Assembly: GCA_950097015.1 (NCBI GenBank)
Contig: CATNEN010000001.1
Coordinates: 21,142,001 to 21,206,000, forward strand
Origin: Macrostomum hystrix
Taxonomy: Eukaryota > Animalia > Platyhelminthes
Length of the DNA: 64,000 nucleotides
Direction: 5' to 3'
Shown here in pieces: positions 42,468-55,794 of the stretch. How positions within the stretch are numbered: the stretch's first letter is position 1; every line of letters starts with the position of its first letter. The position numbers were made by a program, and so were the translations under genes. The notes beneath the pieces were generated by a model, which made no database searches, was not told where the DNA came from, and was given only the letters and a program-made list of their open reading frames with translations.

Positions 42468-43065
42468 CTAAACTGGTCCTTCAGTTTAGTTGATAAACTG
42501 GTTCTTCAGTTTATTTGATAAACTGGTTCTTCAGTTTAGTTGATAAACTGGTTCTTCAGTTTAGTTGATAAACTGGTTCTTCAGTTTAGTTGATAAACTG
42601 GTTCTTCAGTTTAGTTGGTAAACTGGTCCTTCAGTTTAGTTGATAAACTGGTTCTTCAGTTTAGTTGATAAACTGGTCCTTCAGTTTAGTTGATAAACTG
42701 GTCCTTCAGTTTAGTTGATAAACTGGTCCTTCAGTTTAGTTGATAAACTGTTCCTTCAGTTTAGTTGATAAACTGGTTCTTCAGTTTAGTTGATAAACTG
42801 GTTCTTCAGTTTAGTTGATAAACTGGTTCTTCAGTTTAGTTGATAAACTGGTTCTTCAGTTTAGTTGGTAAACTGGTTCTTCAGTTTAGTTGATAAACTG
42901 GTTCTTCAGTTTAGTTGATAAACTGGTCCTTCAGTTTAGTTGATAAACTGGTCCTTCAGTTTAGTTGATAAACTGGTTCTTCAGTTTAGTTGATAAACTG
43001 GTTCTTCAGTTTAGTTGGTAAACTGGTTCTTCAGTTTAGTTGGTAAACTGGTTCTTCAGTTTGGT
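42468..43065. repeat. 25-bp palindromic-unit minisatellite (taaactggttcttcagtttagttga)n
   Basis: Direct reading. Confidence 0.95.
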
Positions 43066-43529
43066 TGTAGACTGGGCTTTGACTGGACTGGAGTTGATTA
43101 AAGTACATTCCAGCCTGCTAGAAAAGCTTGCGAGAAAACACTTGGTAAAGTTCTGATTCCTGATTCCAGGATACATTTTGTGGCATCTGATCAGCAGGCA
43201 AATCTAATTAATGTGAGCCTAATTTACCAAGTCAGGCCTGATATCACAGTCTGTTGAGGAGCAAAATTAAGAACAGCACGCAAGAATTTTCTAATCTCGC
43301 CGTTTCTCTTGTGCAGATAATTAATTTTTGTTAAAATCCTAAAAGAATTAAAACAAACTGTGTCTTATATAATCGAAAAATCAAAAGTTTTACGCAATGT
43401 TTTTGTCATTCTTGAATTAGTATCAAAATGTGCTTCATACTACTAGTGTCAACCAACAGTAGCAATAGTATGATTATTGGGTTGATTTCTTCTCGACATT
43501 ATCTGGATGCCATATAAATCCCAATGGAG

Positions 43530-44946
43530 ATATCCCCTAACCATTCACCTGAATATCCCCATACCATTCACCTGAGTATCCTCTAACCATTCACTTGAAT
43601 ATCCCCTTACCATTCACCTGAGTATCCTCTAACCATTCACCTGAATATCCCCTTACCATTCACCTGAGTATCCTCTAACCATTCACCTGAATATCCCCAT
43701 ACCATTCACCTGAATGTCCCCTAACCATTCACTTGAATATCACCTTACCATTCAGGTGATATTCAGGATATTCAGGTGAATGGTTAGAGGATACTCAGGT
43801 GATTGGTTAGGGGATACTCAGGTGATTGGTTAGGGGATATTCAGGTGAATATCTGACCTCTAACCTGAATATCCCCTAACCATTCACCTGAGTATCCTCT
43901 AACCATTTACTTGAATATCCCCTTACCATTCACCTGAGTATCCTCTAACCATTCACTTGAATATCCCCTTACCATTCACCTGGGTATCCCCTTACCATTC
44001 ACCTGAGTATCCTCTAACCATTCACCTGAGTATCCTCTAACCATTTACTTGAATATCCCCTTACCATTCACCTGAGTATCCTCTAACCATTCACTTGAAT
44101 ATCCCCTTACCATTCACCTGAGTATCCTCTAACCAATCACCTGAGTATCCTCTAACCATTCACCTGAGTATCCTCTAACCATTCACTTGAATATCCCCTT
44201 ACCATTCACCTGAGTATCCTCTAACCATTTACTTGAATATCCCCTTACCATTCACCTGAGTATCCTCTAACCATTCCCCTGAGTATCCTCTAACCATTCA
44301 CTTGAATATCCCCTTACCATTCACCTGGGTATCCCCTTACCATTCACCTGAGTATCCTCTAACCATTCACCTGAGTATCCTCTAACCATTCACCTGAATA
44401 TCCCCATACCATTCACCTGAGTATCCCCTAACCATTCACTTGAATATCCTCTAACCATTCACCTGAGTATCCTCTAACCATTCACCTGAGTATCCTCTAA
44501 CCATTCACTTGAATATCCCCTTACCATTCACCTGAGTATCCTCTAACCAATCACCTGAGTATCCTCTAACCATTCACCTGAGTATCCTCTAACCATTCAC
44601 CTGAATATCCCCATACCATTCACCTGAGTATCCCCTAACCATTCACTTGAATATCCTCTAACCATTCACCTGAGTATCCTCTAACCATTCACCTGGGTAT
44701 CCCCTTACCATTCACCTGAGTATCCTCTAACCATTCACCTGAATATCCCTAACCATTCACCTGAGTATCCTCTAACCATTCACCTGAATATCCCCATACC
44801 ATTCACCTGAGTATCCCCTAACCATTCACTTGAATATCCTCTAACCATTCACCTGAGTATCCTCTAACCATTCACCTGGGTATCCCCTTACCATTCACCT
44901 GAGTATCCTCTAACCATTCACCTGAATATCCCTAACCATTCACCTA
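43530..44946. repeat. 23-bp minisatellite (ccattcacctgagtatcctctaa)n with an internal inversion
   Basis: Direct reading. Confidence 0.95.
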
Positions 44947-45949
44947 GATGGTCACCCTGATTCCTCAGCTGAATAAATTAGAATATCACTAAATATTCGG
45001 CCAACTGCATAATAGAAAAATATCTGGAACAGGCTAATTAATCAATCAGATCAACTGATATAGTTGAGAATCAATAATTATTTTACAATGTAGCCCAATC
45101 CTTCAGAATCCAAGCTGTTCGTGTTCATTTTATTGACTAGCAAATCTAGTCATAGTACTCACATATGCTTTCCAAATATCCTCGTAAAGGTGAGCCCCTG
45201 ACTAGCATTGTCTGTCAAAGCATTTCTTTGACTGTAGAACTATCTATTATACTGGCTGATTATCATATGGCAATATTTGATGAATTGGCACTGGAACTGC
45301 AGGTACATTGTCAGAGCATGCTACTCACGAAGATTTTGAACCTCTTGATTCTAGAAAAATTTCTCTTTACAGACAAGATTTAGAATTCAGATAGGCGATT
45401 TGGTCTTCTATAATGGGGAGCAGAACAGTCCAGGTATTGCACAAGACTTGCATTGTGATGCAACATCCTTTGTCCAAAGGCTTGCCAAAACCTGTTAAGT
45501 CACCCAGCATTTGACCTATGGCACTGGAAACCCCATGGAGACTATCTATATTTTAATTCCCATGCTGGACATCTCAGCAACAAACACCTCACACATACGA
45601 GCATTGGTAGGGATAGTTAATTAGTTCGCTCCATTGCGAAACACTTTAGTCTTATTGCGTATTGACAACATTAGGGGAGCTGTGATAGAAGCTTCCCCAA
45701 TATTCCCCTATAAATGGAACTGCTGGATTTATTTGCCAATACTTTTGTGGACTCGAAAACGCTTGCGAAAGTTTAATTGTTTTGTTTGTGTTGAAAAAAT
45801 GTATTATTACTCAAGTAATAATTTTATGACTTCATTTGCTTGGCAACCAAATAACACATGCTCGTTGACACTGCTCACTTAAGAAGAGACACACTGGGAT
45901 ACTCAAATACGAGTATGTTGCTCGACCAACGCTGGCAATTGTGAGGAGT

Positions 45950-47152
45950 TAATGACAAGATATGGGAGTGAATGGCAAGATATGGGAGTGAATTGGAAGA
46001 TATGGGAGTGAATGGCAAGATATGGGAGTGAATGACAAGATATGGGAGTGAATGACAAGATATAGGAGTGAATGGCAAGATATGGGAGTGAATGACAAGA
46101 TATGTGAGTGAATGGCAAGATATGAGAGTGAATGGCAAGATAAGGGTGTGAATAGCAAGATATGGGAGTGAATGGCAAGATATGGGAGTGAATGGCAAGA
46201 TTTAGGAGTGAATGGCAAGATATGGAGTGAATGGCAAGATATGGGAGTGAATGGCAAGATAAGGGTGTGAATAGCAAGATATGGGAGTGAATGGCAAGAT
46301 ATGGGAGTGAATAGCAAGATATGGGAGTGAATGGCAAGATGTGGGAGTGAATGGCAAGATATGGGAGTGAATGGCAAGATATGGGAGTGAATGGCAAGAT
46401 AAGGGTGTGAATAGCAAGATAAGGGTGTGAATGGCAAGATATGGGAGTGAATGGCAAGATATGGGAGTGAATGGCAAGATATGGGAGTGAATGACAAGAT
46501 ATGGGAGTGAATGGCAAGATATGGGAGTGAATGACAAGATAAGGGTGTGAATAGCAAGATAAGGGTGTGAATGGCAAGATATGGGAGTGAATGGCAAGAT
46601 ATGGGAGTGAATGGCAAGATATGGGAGTGAATGACAAGATATGGGAGTGAATGGAAAGATATGGGAGTGAATGGCAAGATATGGGAGTGAATGGCAAGAT
46701 ATGGGAGTGAATGGCAAGATATAGGAGTGAATGGCAAGATATGGGAGTGAATGACAAGATATAGGAGTGAATGGCAAGATATAGGAGTGAATGGCAAGAT
46801 ATAGGAGTGAATGGCAAGATAAGGGTGTGAATAGCAAGATATGGGAGTGAATGGAAAGATATGGGAGTGAATGACAAGATATAGGAGTGAATGGCAAGAT
46901 ATGGGAGTGAATGACAAGATATGGGAGTGAATGGCAAGATATGGGAGTGAATGGCTAGATATGGGAGTGAATGGCAAGATATGGGAGTGAATGGCAAGAT
47001 AAGGGAGTGAATGGCAAGATATGGGAGTGAATGGCAAGATATGGGAGTGAATGGCAAGATATGGGAGTGAATGGCAAGATATGGGAGTGAATGGCAAGAT
47101 ATGGGAGTGAATGGCAAGATATGGGAGTGAATGGCAAGATAAGGGAGTGAAT
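45950..47152. repeat. 20-bp minisatellite (gaatggcaagatatgggagt)n
   Basis: Direct reading. Confidence 0.95.
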
Positions 47153-47749
47153 CGTCTCTACAGGTTGATGCAGAATCAAGGGTAAAAATTACTCAAAGCC
47201 AGATTCAGGCAATATCCCAATTCTTGCTAGTTATCCCAGCCTTTCACTCGGTGAAGCTCGTTAGTGAGGATTTCACCCTGGACATGTTAGTGGGGGCTGG
47301 CAATTTCATGAAAAGTCATTAGCTCCATATCACAGTGCGGCAAATCTAAGCCACACCCACACAGTGTAGAGTGAGTGAGTCGTGTTTTCCCGGCCCAGAA
47401 CAAGACTGAAATCCGGGGCCTTGGGATGGCTGGCTAACAAAGCTCAGTTTGAGAATAGGGATCTCTCTTTTGTCCATCCCTTTACAAGACAGCTTACAAG
47501 CAAATTTCTGTCTTGTCGTGCTTGTCTTTAACAAGGCAGAGATTTGCTGGCTCGATGCAGGCTCCTCATTCTATAGGTAATGGACCTGCTTAATCTCTGT
47601 GGCTCATCTCCCCGCATTGGTCTTTGATTTCTGAATTTGCCCGCTTGCGTTGAAGAAATTTTATTTTCTACTGAGAAAAGTTTGGCGGCCCTGATAAGCT
47701 CGCTAAAAAAAGAAACAGAATCGGAGAAGTGCGGATCAGAGGATAAGAA

Positions 47750-48520
47750 ATGGGAGAAGAGAGGAGGGAGGAGAGGGGAGAATAGAGGGGAGAAGAGAGG
47801 GGTGAAGAGAGGAGAGAAGAGAGGGGTGAAGAGAGGAGGGAGGAGAGGGAAGAAGAGAGGGGAGAAGAGAGGAGAGAAGAGAGGGGAGAAGAGAGGGGTG
47901 AAGAGAGGAGGGAGGAGAGGGAAGAAGAGAGGGGAGAAGAGAGGAGAGAAGAGAGGGGAGAAGAGAGGGGAGAAGAGAAGGAGAAGAGAGGAGAAGAGAG
48001 GGGAGAAGAGAGGGGAGAAGAGAGGAGAAGAGAGGGGAGAAGAGAGGGAGAAGAGAGGAGAAGAGAGGGAAGAAGAGAGGGGAGAAGAGAGGGGAGAAGA
48101 GAAGGAGAAGAGAGGGGAGAAGAGAGGGGAGAAGAGAGGGGAGAAGAGAGGGGAGAAGAGAGGGGAGAAGAGAGGAGAAGAGAGGGGAGAAGAGAGGAGA
48201 AGAGAAGGAGAAGAGAGGGGAGAAGAGAGGAGGGAGGAGATGGAAGAAGAGAGGGGAGAAGAGAGGGAGAAGATAGGGAAGAAGAGAAGAGGGAGAAGAG
48301 AGGGGAGAAGAGAGGGAGAAGATAGGGGAGAAGAGAAGAAGGAGAAGAGAGGGGAGAAGAGAGGGGAGAAGAGAGGAGAAGAGAGGGAGAAGAGAGGAGA
48401 AGAGAGGGAGAAGAGAGGAGAAGAGAGGGAAGAAGAGAGGAGGGAGGAGAGGGGAGAAGAGAGGGAGAAGATAGGGGAGAAGAGAGGAGGGAAAAGAGAG
48501 GGGAGAAGAGAGGGGAGAGG
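47750..48520. repeat. Polypurine ~12-bp repeat (gaggggagaaga)n
   Basis: Direct reading. Confidence 0.9.
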
Positions 48521-49159
48521 ATGAAAGATTAAAGGGGAGAGAGGGTCAGCTAAAATTTTATAAATAATTTTACACGCAAAAAATGAAACAAGAATAAAAA
48601 TCAATTTCACAGCCATAGACATTGTAAACAGACATTAATCATAGAATTTCACGACCCGGGTCTCCATGGCACCAACTATGTTATTGCTATTTCGATTACG
48701 GAAGTGACCAGTGGAGATGAATCCATAAAAATTTCAAGGTTTTATTAAAACACAATAAATGAAATCAGAATAGCTTATGAAAATAATTTCCTTCCCTTTT
48801 TTCTGACTTGGGAATGTAAACATTGTAAACATTAAAATAAACATTTTTATCCACTTTGAGAGTTTTGTTTACTTTGAGCACAGCAAGATCATAACTCGGC
48901 GACTAATAATATATTCATGAGAGATCCATTATTCAATCACATTTTCTGTTCACTGATTCTGTTCTGTGAGTGGATGGAACACGTGTTCATGAATTCCAAA
49001 GCGGTGCACAAGAAATCACCTTAAGTATCAGACACTTTAAGGAACTCACATATAAACACGGCTGATTGGCAACTGAGAGCAGTCACCTGTCTCACCTGTC
49101 ATCTCTCCTCTTATCTCATCTTCTGCTTCCTTATCTCATCTTCTGCTTCCTTATCTCAC

Positions 49160-49945
49160 CCTCTCCCTCACTGTCTCACCCTCTCCCTCACTGTCCACCC
49201 TCTCCCTCACTGTCTCCCTCTCCCTCACTGTCTACCCTCTCCCTCACTGTCTCCCCTCTCCCTCACTGTCTCCCCTCTCCCTCACTGTCTACCCTCTCCC
49301 TCATTGTCCACCCTCTCCCACTCTGTCTCCCCTCTCCCTCACTGTCTACCCTCTCCCTCACTGTCTCCCTCTCCCTCACTGTCTACCCTCTCCCTCACTG
49401 TCTCCCCTCTCCCTCACTGCCCACCCTCTCCCTCACTGTCTACACTCTCCCTCACTGTCCACCCCCTCCCTCACTGTCTACCCTCTTCCTCACTGTCTAC
49501 CCTCTCCCTCACTGTCTACCCTCTCCCTCACTGTCCACCCCCTCCCTCACTGTCTCCCCTCTCCCTCACTGCCCACCCTCTCCCTCACTGTCTACACTCT
49601 CCCTCAGTGTCTACCCTCTCCCTCACTGTCTACCCTCTTCCTCACTGTCTACCCTCTCCCTCACTGTCTACCCTCTCCCTCACTGCCCACCCTCTCCCTC
49701 ACTGTCTACACTCTCCCTCACTGTCCACCCCCTCCCTCACTGTCTACCCTCTTCCTCACTGTCTACCCTCTCCCTCACTGTCTACCCTCTCCCTCACTGT
49801 CCACCCCCTCCCTCACTGTCTCCCCTCTCCCTCACTGCCCACCCTCTCCCTCACTGTCTACACTCTCCCTCAGTGTCTACCCTCTCCCTCACTGTCTACC
49901 CTCTGCCTCACTGTCTCCCCTCTCCCTCACTGACACTGTCTACCC
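49160..49945. repeat. 19-bp minisatellite (taccctctccctcactgtc)n
   Basis: Reverse complement of the 20912-21611 unit. Confidence 0.95.
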
Positions 49946-50504
49946 TCTCGTTCTTTCCCTCTGCTGTCTCCATAACTTTCCATCTCAGAGCCATAGACAT
50001 TGTAAACAGATAGCTGGTTGCATATGAATACAATTCGAAACTTTAAATAACTAGAGAATCCAATTTCTGAAAAAATCTTTCCTGGAGCAGAAAAAAGTAT
50101 GAGCTGTACAAAGTATAGATCTTTGTTTAGTTTTGTTGAAGCCTTTATATATTATTCCATATACATTATATTTGCCGATGTTAATCCTATTTTCAAATAA
50201 TAAATCGACCATCCAAAGCGGCAAATCCGTTTTTACATGAAGAAAAATAGGAAACTTGAGTTGCCATGGACATTGTTCTACAAACGAATCATTCGCATCC
50301 CTAATGCATAATTGAGAATTCGACTCAGTGGATGAAAGCTTTGAGGATTATAAACAAAAGCTGGATACCCGAGATGGAATTCTTCATGAATTTATTTGTT
50401 TAGGAATCGATTTAGGAATATGATGGTAGCTTATCAAATATAGCACTGGAGTCTAATTTTTTTACAATCATTTAGAATAATTACATAAAATGGTCAGAAC
50501 TTTA

Positions 50505-50860
50505 TAAGGATGAGGCATCGGGTGAGATAAGGATGGGATAAGGATGAGATAAAGATGAGATTAGGATGAGATTAGGATGAGATGGAGGTGAGATAAGGGT
50601 GAGATTTGGATGAGATTAGGATTAGAGAAGGATGAGATAATGATGAGATTAGTTGAGATAAGGATTAGAGAAGGATGAGATTAGGATGAGAAAAAGGATG
50701 AGATAAGGATCAGATAAGGATGAGATGGAGGTGAGTTAAGGGTGAGATTAGTTGGAGGTAAGGATGAGATTGAGATGAGATAATGATGAGATTAAAAGGA
50801 GATAAGGATTAGAGAAGGGTGAGATAAGGATGAGATTAGGATGCGATGAGGATGAGATTC
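50505..50860. repeat. Degenerate ~10-12-bp repeat (gagataaggat)
   Basis: Direct reading. Confidence 0.8.
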
Positions 50861-51185
50861 GTAGGAATATGGTGAGCAGATTGAGCGTTTTCCAGGGCTG
50901 TCATCGAACTCAAGCTCCGAGCGGGCAACTGACCAATGACTGAGTCTACCAGCCGCCTACCTCGGACATCTCGGAGCGCAGCCAATGAGAATCGACCTAA
51001 ACTGCTCAGCGAGGCAAGTCAGCCACCCAGCAACCCCAAGCATGAAGTCAGATTGGGAAGACTGATTTAATTCGCGCGCATTTTGAGCTGAGGATAGTTT
51101 GTCCGCCTCGAAATCCCAATTTGTCTGAGTTGCTATTGTGACCAATTAACTGGAAAGAGTCACTCCAGTTTCTGAGCAGGCAAAA

Positions 51186-52024
51186 ATGCAGCCCTACTCG
51201 CCAAGCAGCTACTCAACTGGAGGCTCAGTGATCGGCGGTCAGCAACTGTCCAGCACCCTAGCGGAATCTGAGGTGAGTCACAGGCGCATTGCTCTGAGAC
51301 TTCTGTTTCGCGTTGAGCCATGGAGAGATTGAGCTCAGGGGATAGGAAATATTGACCCGAAATGGGAAAGGGGAAGGAATAGGAAGAAGAGTAAGAATAG
51401 GGGGTAGAAGGGTAAGAATAGGGAGAAGGGTAAGAATAGGGGGTAGAAGGGTAAGAATAGGGAGAAGGGTAAGAATAGGGAGAAGGGTGAGAATAGGGAG
51501 AAGAGTAAGAATAGGGGGAGAAGGGTAATAATAGGGGGAGAAGGGTAATAATAGGGGGAGAAGGGTAATAATAGGGGGAGAAGGGTAAGAATAGGGAGAA
51601 GAGTAAGAATGGGGGGTAGAAGGGTAAGAATAGGGAAGAATGGGGAGAATCGAGTAAGAATAGGGAGAAGGGTAAGTAAGGGGAGAAGGGTGAGAATGGC
51701 TAAAGGATAAGAGCTGGGACAAATCCCAAATCCCATTCATTCATTACAAATCCCTTTGCAGAGATCCCCGTCTCACTCAGTCGAGCAGCAGACGGTCTCC
51801 GCGTACGCGGACGGTCACCAGCTGATGAACTTCTACGCTCCCTACGCAGCCGCAGCTCAGCATCATCAGCAGGTCATGAGCAGCACCAACAGGTTGCTAA
51901 GCAGCCTCCATGACTCAGCTGCTGCTGCTGCTGCTGCCCAGGGGGTCTATCAGGCCGCTTATCCTGCGGGCCTGTCCGCGCACTGGAGACCAAGCCAGAG
52001 TGCCTATGCTCAGACTCAGGCTCA

Positions 52025-52059
<35 letters not shown>

Positions 52060-53379
52060 CAGGTGCAATGATTGGCTATGAAGCCAGCACAGCAGCCTCA
52101 TGGCATGCCGCATACGGACAGTATGCCAACAAGTGAGCGAATGATTCTTCACTTCTCTTCACCAACAATTATCCCTAAATCCATGCTTTATCCAATTATC
52201 TACCTACATTAATCCCATTCATTCCCACCTCACGAATACTATTCTCTCTCACTGAATTTTATCCCACAAATCCATCAGTCATCCCACTCTTTCCCACCTA
52301 TGTTTATTTAACAAATTCCTCACTAATCCCTATCAGTTACTACCTACTTTTATCCCACAAATCCCTCCCATATCTTATTTATTTTATCCCAAAATATCCC
52401 ATTTATCTGATCATTTAATCTCATTCAGTTTTATCATTAAGCAAGTTCCCGTCGACATTTCCCAGTTCGATCCACGACCTGAACGGGCAGCGCCGGAAGA
52501 ACGCCACTCGGGAAAGCACGGCCACTCTGAAAGCCTGGCTGGGTGAGCACAAGAGCAATCCCTACCCAACCAAGGGTGAGAAGATCATGCTCGCCATCAT
52601 CACCAAGATGACGCTGACTCAGGTCTCCACCTGGTTCGCCAACGCCAGACGCCGGTTAAAGAAGGAGAACAAGATGACCTGGAATGAGCGACACTCCGAC
52701 GAGGCCGAGGAGGAGGAGGTCGAAGATGAGGACGAGAATGAGAATGAGCAGGCCGGCACTGTCTGCGGTGAGACGGGGGTGGGCTGTGTGGGCTGACTGG
52801 CTGGCCGAAAAAATACACTCAGCATTTTATCTAGTGAGCTGTGCTTATATTGAGTTTAAGGAAGACTTTGTGGAAGAGTTTGAGGATGAAAGAGCAGAGA
52901 GTGAAATGACATTCCTTAAAAACTGAAATGCCACTGCTCCGCATCTTCCAGCTGGCAGACGTTCAACTTCAACTGCCCCCACGGCAGCAGGCAGCTATCG
53001 CTCGCGCACCCCCCTGCCGGAGGACCAGTATGACAGACCCAGGATCTGGTCGCTGGCCTACACAGCCGCCTCAATTAACTCCGGTGAGCATACATGTACT
53101 TTAACATTCGGACATTGTGCTCAGATGGCAATTCTCACTTCCTCACCTCCTTACTCAACTACTCAAATGGTTTTACCTGACAGGCGCACCGACAGCTCAC
53201 TCATCAGCTGGCACTGTGGCCGCTGCCGCAGCCGCCGCTGCAGCTGCTGCAGTTGCTGCCGCCGCCTCTCAGTACCAAGCTGCTCCGCCTCCGGCCCTGT
53301 ACCATCAGCAGCAGCAGCAGCATTTAGAGCATCAGCAGCACCAGAACCTGCAACAGCACCAGCTTCATTCTCACCAACT

Positions 53380-53424
<45 letters not shown>

Positions 53425-53524
53425 TCATCTGCCACCACCATTAATGGACTGTACTGGAAACCATCCAGGACTTCAGGACTGCTCCTTACACAGCCTGCCG
53501 CTTCAGCAGAGAACCATCAACTGA
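51186..53524 (+). CDS. Irx: Iroquois-class TALE homeobox protein, ~410 aa; exons 51186-51272, 51762-52132, 52466-52767, 52952-53083, 53184-53524
   Basis: [60 protein letters not shown], an acidic patch and the IRO box RPRIWSLA; phases consistent. Confidence 0.95.
51370..51700. repeat. ~18-21-bp GA-rich repeat in Irx intron 1
   Basis: (agaagggtaagaataggg)n. Confidence 0.85.
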
Positions 53525-53644
53525 CTGACTGACTGACTGACTGACTGACTGACTGACTGACTGACTGACTGACTGACTGACTGACTGACTGACTGACTGA
53601 CTGACTGACTGACTGACTGACTGACTGACTGACTGACTGACTGA
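53521..53644. repeat. (CTGA)n microsatellite
   Basis: About 31 perfect units starting at the Irx stop codon. Confidence 0.97.
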
Positions 53645-54929
53645 AGAACTAATTATCTGTTTGTCTAGTTAGATCGTAACTGTCTGCATATCCCACCTGT
53701 ACTAATTGGCTCACAAACATGGTTATAAGTTTACATTTTGCAGGTACACATGCAGAAGTCAATAATTACAAATATTAAAAATGACGTAAAACAAACTTGT
53801 TCATTAATTTAAGCCATTTCCAAGATTCCAAGCTTGTAGAAATCTTTAAATAATGCTTTGCTTTTTAAGACAAGCCACAATGACCTAGTAGACAAATTTA
53901 TAGCAAATAATTTGTTTGTCTAAAGTTGCCTGTAAAACCCGGAAAATTTCTTTTTCGCTTTTGTATGATTTCAACGTTAAATTGTCATTGTGCGTCCTTC
54001 TGCCTGTCCTACCGAGGTGAACAAGAAATAAAAATAGCTTCATAATGAATTTGCTCATTCGAGCAAATTTGCTCATAATGAACATGCCTATTTTTTCCGT
54101 TAATTCAAACCAACTAACAAAAACTTTAATTAGCAATAGTATAGGTATTATGTGTTAAATAGTCTTATAATTGTGAAACACGTGCTCAAAAAACGATTTT
54201 AAATTTTCACAGAATTCTACACAGCTTATTGACTGAATAGAAGCTTAAGTTGAATGTCAAGCTTTCCTTTATTAAAGTTTTTAGTGGCCACCTTATAATG
54301 AGCAGCATTAGTTGACTGACGGATCAAATCAGGAAGTCGTCAAAAGATTGTGTGACAGCTGCTGCTGCTGCTGCTGCCGCTGTGACTGGCTCCGGCACGA
54401 CAGCCAATTCAGCCTGGTAGCAATGCTGTTTAAGATTTTCAATTTACATTAGCTAGGAGAGGTGCTAGCGGTGCATTGATTAGTGTGCTCAAATTACCAC
54501 TCAACATGAGCTCAAGTGCCTGAGCTGATGGTCAAGTGCCGTGTTATTAATTATTAACAATAGTTAGCATACTTGAAGAACACTTTACTCAAAATTTGAT
54601 TCTGATTCTCATTGTTATTGACTGAAATTGCGATAATGAAGCCTTAACTATCGACACAATGCATTTCCGGTGCAATGGCCTGGCACAGAGTACCGAATTC
54701 ATTCCAAGCAATTTACAGTTTGCTAGGACTGACCATCGCATACTACATCTACTTACTCACGCGGCACACTGCATTTTGTGAGTACTTCACTCTTTTCCCA
54801 TCCCCTTCATAGACTATCGATTCAATGAGACACCATGTGACTTGACTTCCCCATAGCTGTTATCTGTGCATGCCCAGCAACACTTCCCGCTTTTCCCTAC
54901 CCCTCCCTTTCACTCCCCCTGTCCCTTTC

Positions 54930-55342
54930 ACTCTCTCCCTGTCACTCTCTCCCTGTCACTCTCTCCCTGTCACTCTCTCCCTGTCACTCTCTCCCTGTCA
55001 CTCTCTCCCTGTCACTCTCTCCCTGTCACTCTCTCCCTGTCACTCTCTCCCTGTCACCCTCTCCCTGTCACTCTCTCCCTGTCACTCTCTCCCTGTCACT
55101 CTCTCCCTGTCACTCTCTCCCTGTCACTCTCTCCCTGTCACTCTCTCCCTGTCACTCTCTCCCTGTCACTCTCTCCCTGTCACTCTCTCCCTGTCACTCT
55201 CTCCCTGTCACTCTCTCCCTGTCACTCTCTCCCTGTCACTCTCTCCCTGTCACTCTCTCCCTGTCACTCTCTCCCTGTCACTCTCTCCCTGTCACTCTCT
55301 CCCTGTCACTCTCTCCCTGTCACTCTCTCCCTGTCACTCTGT
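54930..55342. repeat. 14-bp minisatellite (ctctccctgtcact)n
   Basis: Direct reading. Confidence 0.95.
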
Positions 55343-55794
55343 CCTTGGCCCTCTGTCCTTATCACTCTTTCTCACTCACTCTGTCTCTTATCACCTTCTC
55401 ATTCTATCAAAGTGCGCTTTACTTCAATTTTATTTCAGTCACTCAATAATTTCTCCTATCTCTTCAACTTTGCCCGATCTCAACCTAACCCACATTATTA
55501 TTTTTTTTCCATTCGGTCAATTTTTCGATCCCAGGATCTCAAAGCTTCACCAGCATCCGGTTCGTGTACTCAAAAATATTCCAAAAGCATTAGAGCTTCA
55601 AAACCAATTTCACCGGCATGGTAACAAACACAGAAGCTAAATTGCTTATATGGAGGAGGAAGTCAGAAAATAAAATTTATTTCTTTTCTTTGTCAAAAGA
55701 GTTTTTCGAAATTAGGATTGCACGCGATACCTCATGGATTTCATCCAACGGTGGCAAAAATTGACGAAATAATACAACTCAAAATAGAAAGCAC

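Noticed and set aside
42468-43065. CRISPR-like palindromic repeats
   Set aside because: No unique spacers, no cas genes, eukaryotic context.
45100-45620. Possible decayed coding or retroelement fragment
   Set aside because: No recognisable motif or sustained reading frame.
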